Source: the human T2T-CHM13v2.0 reference genome, Homo sapiens
Length of the DNA: 64,000 nucleotides
Assembly (NCBI RefSeq): GCF_009914755.1
Contig: NC_060945.1
Reading direction: 5' to 3' (one strand)
Part shown: positions 48,597 to 64,000 of the stretch, piece by piece
Numbering within the stretch: the stretch's first letter is position 1
How the letters are laid out: each line of letters begins with the position of its first letter
The notes under the pieces: model-generated
Told to the model about the DNA's origin: nothing
Database searches by the model: none
The model's input: only the letters and a program-made list of their open reading frames with translations
Program-made: the position numbers and the translations under genes

Positions 48597-48802
48597 CAGC
48601 GGTCCCCAGCCTTTTTGGCATCAGGGACAGATTTCGTGGAAGACAGTTTTTTTTTTCACAGATGGATGGACGTGGTAGGATGGGATGGTCTTGGGATGAA
48701 ACTGTTTCACCTCAGATCATCAGGCATTAGTTGGATTCCCATAAGAAGCATGCAGTATAGGTCCCTAGTATTAGTCCGTAGCCCGGGGGTTGGGGAATCC
48801 TG
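48597..48802. mobile_element. MER1B-like hAT-Charlie element, internally deleted
   Basis: TIRs cagcggtccccagcc ... ggttggggaatcctg; internal gatgaaactgtttcacctcagatcatcaggcattag. Confidence 0.75.
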
Positions 48803-50860
48803 CTCTACCGATGTCATGTAACAGGGGCGATCCACAGTGTTCTTAGGGGAAGATTTGGGTATTTGGTCTGAGGACACACACATAAAATGTAAAATATGCA
48901 TGTTGCTTATGTAATGAACCATCTCAAATACTATTCTTACAGTGGGCTGGTCATGGTTTTTACTGTGGGAGGTGGTGGGGGGGGGTCCAGGCAGACACTG
49001 CTGCCTTCAAAGTATGGAGGTCTGTGGATAAGGGATGTTGGCGAGAGTTATAGGACCCCATGAGCCAGACATAGAAGCTTGTTGGACTATCGTTCTCTCC
49101 TTTGGGCTGTGGGAAGAAAATCTAGGCAAAAGTTCTTAGCTTCATGCCTCGTAATAGGAAGGGCTTGTAAATAATTACTGAGTTTCAATTAATGGTCATT
49201 TACTGAGTTCAGTTGCAGTGTGTAGATTATAAGGCAAGTTCCTGCCCCCGGGGAGCAAGAAGTGACCACAGCTTGGCAAACAGATTAATTTAAAATGAGG
49301 CACCATAGAAGTCTGACCAATTCCTACTAAAATTTAGATATAAACTCGTTTGAACCTTTCTCTAAAACCAACCCTGTCATAGTTGAAGACATGGATGAAT
49401 ATTTATAAGATGCCTAAAAAATAAATGGAAACTTCATATATTTGTTGTAAAAAATATTTATAGCAAGGTTTTACAAGACTTCTGACATGTTTGCCTCCCC
49501 AAAGCCGTATCCAGAGTGGAAAATACAGTAAATGGGATAAATCTTGTGACACCCAAGCCAGAGCGTTCACATTTCAAGCGTTTTGTCTTTGTATGTTACT
49601 GCTTTAGGTCTGCTGGGTAGAGTCGTGGGTTCCTAAGGAACTAAATGTGCACAGTTTACTCTTCCAGTCAAAAGAGTGTAAGGGTTGTGAGGAAGTTAGT
49701 TTTCTCCTAGTGCTTCAGGGTCAACTCATGGAAAGCCTGGGAACAGCGTCTTCTAGACCTGCCTTCATTCCACAATTATTGTTGCCTTGTGGTGTTGATA
49801 TAATATTTTTCTTTTCATGTGTAAGATGCTTTTGACCAGTAAATAAGATATAATTAGCCACAGTGAGGCACTTTAAACACTCTTTGGTCATGTCTATAAA
49901 ACTAGACGTTTACCCAATAATTGCCAAATTCATTTCCGAACCCCTCACATTACTTAGCTTGTAGCTGCACTTGTAAGACCTTGCAGAGCCTTCTCTAGTC
50001 CTCTCAATCAGGGGCTAAGTCTGCCCTTTGTCTTTCATAGCCTTTGCCTTTATTCCACTGTGGGTTATGGTCTTGCATGTGCTTACTGCATCTCCCCAGG
50101 GGTCAGGCTCCCCGACCCATCCCTCTACTCCTTTTACTCACCCATCCCTCTACTCACTCTGCAGGGAACCTGGTTCAGAGCATTGCTTAGAGCTGGGACT
50201 CAATGACCAGTAACTGGAATACACTGAAGAAATTCTTGTTGTACTAGGTGAGTTTAGTAATGACCTAGAAATGATTTGAGTACGATAGGAAATAATGAGG
50301 ATAAAATGACTACAAAGCCATAGGCTGTTCATGTCAAACTATTCAGCCTGTCTGATATAAAAGGAATTCTACTTTTAAAAATTTCAATTAACTTTTTAAT
50401 GAAAAACTAATTCTATAAGGAAATGTGATGTTTTAAAAAGCTCTGATAGCTAATTGTTAACATGCAATTAAAAAAACTGAAGGCTGTGATTTCATAGATA
50501 GAATGTCCACAGCAGTGAAAAAAAAACTCCCCCAAGCAATAAACAAAATTGTTAGCTCTTTTAATTATAGGGTAAGGGAACTTTTAGAATGCTTAACATC
50601 TTCTTGTTTAGTGGCAAAGAAATGGCCTGGATTCCATTAAGAATTAGCAGTTCACTGCATTAATTTAAGATTTTTAAAATTCTTATGTATAATATATTTT
50701 GATCTAATTTCCATTTTATTTCACAGTTCCCATCTATAAAAGAAGATGTCATGGCAGAAAGATCTTCCTAAAGGCATAGGTTGAGAGGCCAACATTGGTA
50801 GAAATGGGATAACAGCCAGGCAATTCTGGTAGTTTCCTCTGCCTTTCACTGAGATTACTG

Positions 50861-51115
50861 TAGATACCATTACATATATGACTATATATATGACTATATA
50901 TAGACTATGTATATAACTATATACATAGACTATTGGCTACTTTTAAAAAGCCTTTCAAATATAAAATATTTTATATATGACCATATATATATATATGACT
51001 ATAGATACCATTATATATATGTCTATATATATGACTATATGTAGACTATATATATAATTATATACATAGACTATTGGCTACTTTTAAAAAGCCTTTCAAA
51101 TATAAAATATTTTAT
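50861..51115. repeat. 114-bp direct duplication (period 141) with a TA-rich core
   Basis: Copies at 50861-50974 and 51002-51115; 3' halves nearly identical. Confidence 0.9.
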
Positions 51116-51702
51116 TTTTGGCCTTCCAAATATAAAAGTTATTGCTATAATGTTTTGCAACTATATTAAAGTTGATATCCAGAGAAGGCATGAGAAAAAC
51201 TAGTTTCTTGATGTAATTGTTTAGAATTAGAAGCACCATCCAATTAGCCCAGGTGGCATTACAGATACTTATGTTAACAGGCTCTTTCCAACCGATATAA
51301 TCTCCCTTTGCTACAATTTTTCCTCATCCCCTTTTCATTGTCATACCACCTGCCATGAAAATTATCTATCTGTCAAAGTTACATTATTAATTTAACTTGA
51401 TTGCTGTCACCTATTCAACAAATTCTGTACAAAAAAACTAATTTGTTATCATATAGTTTCTCACATACAAGAAATTAATGAGAAACACAATTCTTAGTAA
51501 TAAAAATAATATATGCAGAATTTACAAAATTGAAAAAAATAGCTCTTTCCACTAGTGTTAATTGAAAAATGATTTAAAGCCAATTTATTTCCTTAAATAG
51601 TACAATATGTCTGTGTCAGGCCAAGTCAAAAAGATAAGATGTTTTCAAAGCTGCAATCTTCCAAAAGCTCCAAAAGCTAATTGATAAAAAGGGCATTTTA
51701 GC

Positions 51703-52072
51703 AAAACTTTGGAGACAGTAAAAAGATCAGAGGTTAAGAGGGTGGGATGAATAGGAGGAGCACAGAGGGTTTTCAGGGCAGTGAAACTTCTGCATGATGC
51801 TATAATGGTGGATCCATGTCATCAAACATTTGTCCAAACCTATAAAATGTACAACCCCAAGAGTAAGTCTTACATAAACTATGAACACTGGCTAATAATG
51901 ATGTGTCAATGTAGGTTCCACCATTGTTACAAATGCACCACTTTATTGGGGGATGTCGATAGTGGGGGAGGCTGTGCAGTAGGGGCAGGGGCATTTGGAA
52001 AATCTCTGTACCTTCTTCTCAATTTTTCTGTGAACCTAAAACTGCTTAAAAAATAAAGTCAAGTTTTTTAAA
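51703..52072 (+). mobile_element. L1MC-type 3' end fragment
   Basis: L1 3'UTR motifs ending aaactgcttaaaaaataaagtc; flanking direct repeat ggcattttagc at 51692-51702 and 52073-52083. Confidence 0.75.
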
Positions 52073-52513
52073 GGCATTTTAGCCTGTGGATAATCAGAAA
52101 GCTCTACGCAGCAATGGGGAAGTACATTCAGGGTGGCATACACTAAGCTACCTAGTCTGAATGAATGCTACCTCAAAGCTAGAATGCTTAGTGACAGGTT
52201 ATCTGACAAATCAGGCAGGCAGTCTTATGAGACTGAGCTTCAAAAGAGATTTCCAGGGCCTCTTTCTGTATGAAAATTTTAGGGGAGTATATGCTTAAGT
52301 TTTCTTTGCTCTATAAATTACATGATTGGGCTCAGAATTTTAAAGGCCAAGATTTCTACCTTGAGTATAGGCCATCTGCATTTTACCAGTTATAGCAATT
52401 GAATGATTTCACATAATGCCTAGTGGACAAACAACCACTGAGAACAATATGAGAAGAAAACTGAAATATAGCTTCAACAGAAAGATTGAGTAGTTATTGG
52501 CTTGTTCACTGTG

Positions 52514-52880
52514 TGATATGGGTTGGCTGTGTCCCCACCCAAATCTCATTTTGAATTGTAGTTCCCACAATCCCCATGTGCCGTGGGAGGGACCCCGTGG
52601 GAGGTAACTGAATCATGGGTGTGGTTACCCTCATGCTGTTCTTGTGACAGTGAGTGAGTTCTCATGAGACCTGGCTTTATAAGGGGCATTTCCCGCCTTG
52701 GTTCTGCACTTCCTCTTGCTGCTGCCACGTGAAGAAGGACATGTTTGTGTCCCCTTCCACCATGATTGTAAGTTTCCTAAGGCCTCCCCAGCCATGCTGA
52801 ACTGTAAGTCAATTAAACCTCTTTCCTTTGTAAGTCACTCAATCTTGAGTATGTCTTTATTAGCAGTGTGAGAACAGACA
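52514..52880 (+). mobile_element. THE1 solo LTR
   Basis: tgatatgggttggctgtgtccccacccaaatctc start; ATTAAA poly(A) signal; TSD ctgtg. Confidence 0.92.
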
Positions 52881-53036
52881 CTGTGAATAGGATAACAGGG
52901 AAAAAAGACCACTATTAAATGATAAACTTATAAAAAACAACATCGACTTCCCTTCCACTTTCTTAAAGAATAGAAGTCAAATAAATAGGCAAAAATTGCA
53001 CACAAAAAACTGAGAAGATTTAGAACCACATTCCAT

Positions 53037-55098
53037 ATCTATTGAGATAATCATGTAGTTTTTGTCTTTACTTCTGTTTATGTGATGAATCACATTTATT
53101 GATTGAGTATGTTGAACCAACCTTGCATCCTGGGAATAAAGCCTACTTGATCATGGTGGATAAGTGTATTAGCCCATTTTTATACTGCTATGAAGAAATA
53201 CCAGAGACTGTGTAATTTATAAAGAAAAAGAAGTTTAATGGACTCACAGTTCCACATGGCTGGGGAGGCTTTAAAATCATGGCAGAAGGCGAAGGAGGAG
53301 CAAAGGCATGTTTTACATGGTGGCAGACAAGAGAGGGTGTGCAGGGGAACTGCTCTTTATAAAACCATCAGAACTCATGAGACTTATTCACTATCATGAG
53401 AACAGCACAGGAAAATCCGCCCCCATGATTCAATTACCTTCCACCGGGTCTTTCCCATGACACATGGAGAAAATGTGAGGTACAATTCAAGAAGAGATTT
53501 GAGTGGAGACACAGCCAAACTATATCAATAAGCTTTTTGATGTATTGCTGGATTCAGTTTTTCAGTATTTTGTTGAGATTTCTGCATTGATGTTCATCAA
53601 GGATATTCTCCTGAAGTTTTCTTTTTTGTCATATCTCTGCCAGATTTGGGTATCAGGATGATGCTGGCCTCATAGAACGAGTTAGGAAGGAGTCCCCCCT
53701 CCTAGATTTTTTGGAATAGTTTCAATAGGAATGGTACCAGCTCTTCTTTGTATATCTTGTAGAATTCAGCCATGAATCCATCTAATCTTGGGCTTTTTTC
53801 ATTTGGTAGGCTACTTATTCCTGCCTCAACTTCAGAACTCATTATTGGTATGTTCGGGGATTCAATTTCTTCCTATTTCAGTCTTGGGAGAGTGTATGTG
53901 TTCAGGAATTTATCCATTTCTTCTAGGTTTTCTAGTTTATGTGCATAGAGGTGTTCATAATATTCTCTGATGGTTGTTTGTATTTCTGTGGGGCCAGTGG
54001 TAACATCCCACTTATTTATTCTGATTGTACTTGTTTGAATCTTGTCACTTTTTTTCTTTATTATCCTAGCTAGTGGTCTATTTTATTTTTTTTTTCAAAA
54101 AACTAGATCCTGGATTTGTTGATCCATTGAATGGTTTTTCATGTCTCTATCTCCTTCTGTTCAGCTCTGATTTTGATTATTTCTTGTCTTTTGCTAGCTT
54201 TGGGATTTGTTTGTTCTTGATTCTCTAGTTCTTCTAGCTGTGATGTTAGGTTGTTAACTTGAGACCTTTCTAACTTTTTGACGTGGGCATTTAGTACTAT
54301 AAATTTCTCTCTTAACACTGCCTTAGCAGTGTCTCAGAGATTCTGGTACATTGTATCTTTGTTCTTATTAGTTTCAAAGAACTTCTTGATTTCTGTCTTA
54401 ATTTCATTATTTACCCCCAAAGTCATTCAGGAGCAGGTCATTCAATTTCCATGTAATTTGTATAGTTTTAAGTGAATTTCTTAGTATTGATTTTGAATAT
54501 GATTGTGCTGTGGTCTGAGAGACTGTTACGACTTCAGTTCTTTTGCATTTGCTGAGGAGTGTTTTACTTCTGATTAATATGATCAATTTTACAGTAAGTG
54601 TCATATAGCAATGAGAAGAATGTATATTCTGTTGTTTGGGGGTGGAGAGTTCTGTAAATATCTTTCAGATCCATTTGAGTTCTGTAGATATTTATCAAAT
54701 CCATCTAATTCAGGACCTGAGCTCAGGTCCTGAATATCTTTGTTAATTTTTTGTCTCAATGATCTGTCTAATATTGTCAGTGGGGTGTTAAAGTCTCCCA
54801 CTGTTATTGGGTGGGAGTCTAAGTCTCTTTAATGGTCTCTAAGAACTTGCTTTATGAACCTGGGTGCTCCCGTGTTGGATGTATATATATTTAGGATAGT
54901 TAGATCTTCTTGAATTGAACCCTTTACCATTATGTAAAATATAGGATGATGTAAATTTAGGACAGTTAGATCTTTGTCTTTTTTGTTCTTTGTTGGTTTA
55001 AAGTCTGTTTTGTCAGAAACTAGGATTGCAACCCCTGCTTTTTTCTGTTTTTGATTTGCTTACTGGATTTTCCTCCATCCCTTTATTTTGAGCCAATG
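53037..55098 (-). mobile_element. Inverted 5' segment of a twin-primed old L1PA (ORF2 endonuclease to RT region)
   Basis: Minus-strand ORF2 peptides (MGDFNTPLTILDRS; LLSKCKRTE); abuts the + strand segment at 55099. Confidence 0.9.
53165..53527 (-). mobile_element. THE1 solo LTR nested in the inverted L1 segment
   Basis: tgtattag...tatatca; perfect TSD ataag at 53160-53164 and 53528-53532; L1 sequence resumes after it. Confidence 0.93.
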
Positions 55099-56615
55099 TG
55101 ATTATCTCAAATAGATGCAGAAAAGGCTTTTGGTAAAATCCAACATCCATTCATGTTAAAAACTCTCAATAAACTAGTTATTGAAGGAACACACCTCAAA
55201 GTATTATGACCCATATATGACAAACCCACAGCCAACATCATACTGAATGGGCAAAAGCTGGAAGTATTCCCCTTGAAAACTGGCACAAGACAAGGATGCC
55301 CTCTCTCACCACTCCTACTCAACACAGTATTGGAAGTTCTGGCCAGGGCAATCAGGCAAGAGAAAGAAATAAAAGGCATTCAAACAGGAAGAGAGGAAGT
55401 CAAACTATCCCTATTTGTAGATGGCATGATTCCATATCTAGAAAATGCCATCATCTCAGCCCAAAAGCTTCTTAAGCTGATAAACAACTTCAGTAAAGTC
55501 TCAGGATAGTGCGAAAATCACTAGCATTCCTATCCTCTAACAACAGTCAAGCTGAGAGCCAAATCAGGAATAAACTCCCATTCACAACTGCCACAAAAAG
55601 AATAAAGTACCTTGGAATGAAGCTAACTAGGATGGTGAGAGATCCCTACAAGGAGAACTACAAACTACTGCTCAAAGAAATCAGAGATGACACAAACAAA
55701 TGGAAAAACATTTCATGCTCATGAATAGGAAGAATCAATATCTTAAAATGGCTATACTACCCACGCAACTTATAGATTCATGCTATTCTCATTAAACTAC
55801 CATTAAGATTCTTCACAGAACTAGAAAAAACTATTTTAAAAATTCAGTTGGAACCAAAAAGAGCCCAAACAGCCAAGGCAATCCTAAGCAAAAAGAACAA
55901 AGCTAGAAGCATCATGCTACTGGACTTCAAACTATACTACAGGGCTACAGTAACCAAAACAGCATGGTTCTGGTACAAGAACAGACACATAGACCAATGG
56001 AACAGAATAAAGAACCCAGAAATAAGACTGCACATCTACAACTATCTAATCTTCAACAAACCTGACAAAAACAAGCAATGGGGAAAGGACTCCCTATTCA
56101 ATAAATGGTGCTGGGATAACTAGCTAGCCATATGCAGAAGATTGAAGCTGGCTCCCTTCCTTACACGATATACAAAAATCAACTCAAGATGGATTAAAAA
56201 ATGTAAATGTAAAACCTAAAGCTAAAAACACTCTGGAAGACAGCCTAGGCAATACTATTCAGGACATAGGCATGGGCAAAGATTTCATGATGAAGACACC
56301 AAAAGCAATTCGCAACAACAACAAAAATGGACAAATGGGATCAAGTAAATGAAAGAGCTTCTGTGCAGCAAAAGAAATTATCAACAGAGTAAACAGCTGA
56401 CAGAATGGGAGAAAATTTTTGCAAACTATGCATCTGACAAAGGTCTAATATTCAGCCTTTATAAGAAACGTAAACAAATTTACAAGAAAAAAATAAACAA
56501 TCCGATAAAACGTGGGCAGAGGACATGAATAGACACTTTTCAAAAGAGAACCTACATGCAGCCAACAAGCATAGGAAAAGCTCAACATCACTGATCATTA
56601 GAGAAATGCAAATCA
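55099..56615 (+). mobile_element. Old L1PA (L1PA13-15-like) ORF2 RT segment
   Basis: [36 protein letters not shown], with frameshifts and stops. Confidence 0.9.
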
Positions 56616-57643
56616 GTGGTGTGGAGCCAAGATGGCGGAATAGGAACAGCTCCAGTCTACAGCTCCCAGTGTGAGCGACGCAGAAGATGGGTGATTTCTG
56701 CATTTCCAACTGAGGTACCGGGTTCATCTTACTGGGGAGTGTCGGACAGTGGACGCAGGACAGCGGGTGCAGCGCACCGAGCATGAGGCAAAGCAGGGCG
56801 AGGCATCGCCTCACCCAGGAAGCACAAGGGTTCAGGGGATTCCCTTTCCTAGTTAAAGAAAGGGGTGACAGACGGCACCTGGAAAATCGGGTCACTCCCA
56901 CCCTAATACTGCACTTTTCCGATGGTCTTAGCAAACGGCACACCAGGAGATTATATCCTGTGCCTTGCTTGGAGGGTCCTATGCCCACAGAGCCTCACTC
57001 ATTGCTAGCACAGCAGTCTGAGATCAAACTGCAAGGTGGCAGTGAAGCTGGGGGAGGGGCGCCCACCATTGCGGAGGCTTGAGTAGGTAAACAAAGTGGC
57101 CGGGAAGCTCAAACTGGGTGGAGCCCACCGCAGCTCAAGGAGGCCTGCCTGCCTCTGTAGACTCCACCTCTGGGGGCAGGGCATAGCCAAACAAAAGGCA
57201 GCAGAAACCTCTGAACACTTAAATGTCACTGTCTGACAGCTTTGAAGAGAGTAGTGGTTCCCCTAGCATGCAGCTGGAGATCTGAGAACAGACAGACTGC
57301 CTCCTCAAGTGGGTCCCTGACCCCCGAGTAGCCTAACTGGGAGGCACCCACCAGTGGGGCAGACTGACACCTCACACGGCCAGGTACTCCTCTGAGACAA
57401 AATTTCCACAGGAAAGATCAGGCAGCAACATTTGCTGTTCACCAATATCCACTGTTCTGCAGCCTCCGCTGCTGATACCCAGGCAAACAGGGTCTGGAGA
57501 GGACCTCCAGCAAACTCCAACAGACCTTCACCTGAGGGTCCTGACTGTTAGAAGGAAAACTAACAAACAGAAAGGACATCCACACCAAAACCCCATCTGT
57601 ACGTCACCATCATCAAAGACCAAAGGTAGATAAAACCACAAAG

Positions 57644-58659
57644 ATGGGGAAAAAACAGAGCAGAAGAACTGGAAACTCTAAAAATCAGAATGCCTCTCCT
57701 CCTCCAAAGGAACGTAGCTCCTCACCAGCAACAGAACAAAGCTGGATGGAAGATGATTTTGATGAGTTGAGAGAAGAAGGCTTCAGATGATCAAACGACT
57801 CAGAGCTAAAGGAGGAAGTTTGAACCCATGGCAAAGAAGTTAAAAACCTTGAAAAAAATTAGACGAATGGCTAACTAGAATAACCAATGCAGAGAAGTCC
57901 TTAAAGGACCTGATGGAGCTGAAAACCACAGCATGAGAACTACGTGACGAATGCACAAGCCTCAGTAGCTGATTCAATCAACTGGAAGAAAGGGTATCAG
58001 TGATGGAAGATCAAATGAATGAAATGAAGTGAGAAGAGAAGTTTAGAGAAAAAAGAATAAAAAGAAATGAACAAAGCCTCCAAGAAATATGGGACTATGT
58101 GAAAAGACCAAATCTACATCTGATTGGTGTGCCTGAAAGTGACAGAGAGAATGGAACCAAGTTGGAAAACACTCTGCAGGATATTATCCAGGAGAATTTC
58201 CCCAATCTAGCAAGGCAGGCCAACATTCAAATTCAGGAAATACAGAGAACACCATAAAGATACTCCTTGAGAAGAGCAACTCCAAGACACATAATTGTCA
58301 GATTCACCAAAGTTGAAATGAAGGAAAAAATGTTAAGGGCAGCCAGAGAGAAAGGTTGGGTTACCCACAAAGGAAAGCCTATCAGACTAAGAGCTGATCT
58401 CTCAGCAGAAACTCTACAAGCCAGAAGAGAGTGGGGGCCAATATTCAACATTCTTAAAGAAAAGAATTTTCAACCCAGAATTTCATATCCAGCCAAACTA
58501 AGCTTCATAAGTGAAGGAGAAATAAAATACTTTACAGACAAGCAAATGCTGAGAGATTTTGTCACCACCAGGCCGGCCCTAAAAGAGCTCCTAAAGGAAG
58601 CACTAAACATGGAAAGGAACAACCAGTACCAGTCACTGCAAAAACATGCCAAATTGTAA
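57644..58659 (+). pseudogene. L1 ORF1p, disrupted
   Basis: ATGGGGAAAAAACAG start; several CGA>TGA stops; only the C-terminal 130 codons are open. Confidence 0.92.
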
Positions 58660-58722
58660 AGACTGTCGAGGCTAGGAAGAAACTGCATCAACTAACGAGC
58701 AAAATAACCAGCTAACATCATG

Positions 58723-62544
<3,822 letters not shown>

Positions 62545-62760
62545 ACAATGAGAACACATGGACACAGGAAGGGGAACATCACACACTGGAGCCTGTTGTG
62601 GGGTGCGGGGACGGGGGAGGAATAGCATTAGGAGATATACCTAATGTTAAATGACTAGTTAATGGGTGCAGCACACCAACATGGCACATGTATACATATG
62701 TAACAAACCTGCACGTTGTGCACATGTACCCTAAAACTTACAGTATAATAATAAAAAAAA

Positions 62761-63512
62761 AGAAATGCAAATCAAAACCACGATGAGATATCATCTCACA
62801 CCAGGCAGAATGACTATTATTAGAAAGCCAAAAAATAACAGATGCTGGTGAGGTTGTGGAGAAAAAGGGATGCTCATACACTGTTGATGGGAGTATAAAT
62901 TAGTTCAGGCATTGTGGAAGACAGTGTGGCAACTCCTCAAAGACCTAATGACAGAAATACCATTTGACCTGGCAATCCCATTACTGGGTATATACCCAAA
63001 GGAATAGAAATCATTATGTTATAAAGACACATGCACACATATATTCATTGCAGCTCTATTCACAATAGCAAAGATGTGAAATCAATCTAAATGCCCATCA
63101 ATGATAGACTAGATAAAGAAAATGTGATAAATATACACCATAGAATACTATGCAGCCATGAAAAAGAACAAGATCATGTCCTTTGCAGAGATGGATGGAG
63201 CTGGATGCCATTATTCTTAGCAAACTAACATGGAAATAGAAAAACAAATACCACATGTTCTCACTTGTATGTGGTAGCTAAATTATGAGAACATACACAC
63301 ACATAGAGGGGAACAACACACAACACAACAACAACACACACCTTTCAGAGGGTGGAGGGTGAGAGGAGGGGGAGGATCAGGAAAAACTACTAATGGGTAT
63401 TAGGATTAATACTTGGGTGATGAAATAATCTGTAAAACAAACTTTTGTGACACAAGTTTACCTATATAAGAAATCTGCACGTTACCCCTGAACTTAAAAG
63501 TGAAAAAATAAC
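62761..63512 (+). mobile_element. 3' end of the old L1PA13-15-like element
   Basis: Continues the sequence interrupted at 56615; 3'UTR ggaggatcaggaaaaactactaatggg...cccctgaacttaaaag. Confidence 0.9.
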
Positions 63513-63905
63513 GAACTGCATTCCATTAGAACTAGCCGTGAAATAAAAAGATATTTCCAAGAAAGCTTCAGGAATAGACTTCCCAAGAAATTTTATAAAA
63601 CCAGAATTGATTTTCACATGTCTGGGATATTTAGATGTAGCCTTGCCTCAAAGAAACCCTTCGAGGTTTTTTCCAGCCGTATGATTCCATGACAGGATGC
63701 TGGGGCTACAGTAATCCTTGGTTGATCCAAGAACATAGAGAGCCTAGCATCTGCCTGCCATGTAGAAGCACTGCACAAAGGTCTCATGTATATGATTCAT
63801 TACATGTGCGTAAATGGAATACAATTGTCTATTTTTAGGCCAACTTGTGGTATCTCCATAATTTTCAGATTTTCCATTATTAAAAAAAAAAAAAGAGAGA
63901 GATTC

Positions 63906-64000
63906 GACCGGGCGCGGTGGCTCACGCCTGTAATCCCAGCACTTTGGGAGGCCGAGGCGGGCGGATCATGAGGTCAGGAGATCGAGACCATCCTGGCTAA
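63906..64000 (+). mobile_element. Young AluY-family element, cut by the window edge
   Basis: CpG-rich, near-consensus gaccgggcgcggtggctcacgcc...gagatcgagaccatcctggctaa. Confidence 0.92.

Overview
Human (primate) genomic DNA, not microbial. The window lies inside DSCAM (Down syndrome cell adhesion molecule) on the minus strand. Nine coding exons with canonical GT-AG boundaries splice in frame (154+118+164+99+189+291+177+31+116 = 1339 nt). They encode the end of FNIII-4, Ig10, FNIII-5, FNIII-6, the transmembrane helix with its basic juxtamembrane NLS, and the start of the intracellular domain. Exon numbers 21-29 are from memory of the 33-exon model. The rest is intron with Alus, four THE1 solo LTRs, a MER4-type LTR, DNA-transposon fossils, MIR/L2 remnants and L1s. 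At 53037-63512 a twin-primed (5'-inverted) old L1PA carries a THE1 LTR and a full-length, ORF-disrupted L1PA4-like element whose antisense promoter points into DSCAM exon 21. I found no convincing novel biological system. The best leads are TE-driven alternative DSCAM transcripts and several template-switch scars. Nearly all other ORFs in the track are repeat-derived or spurious.
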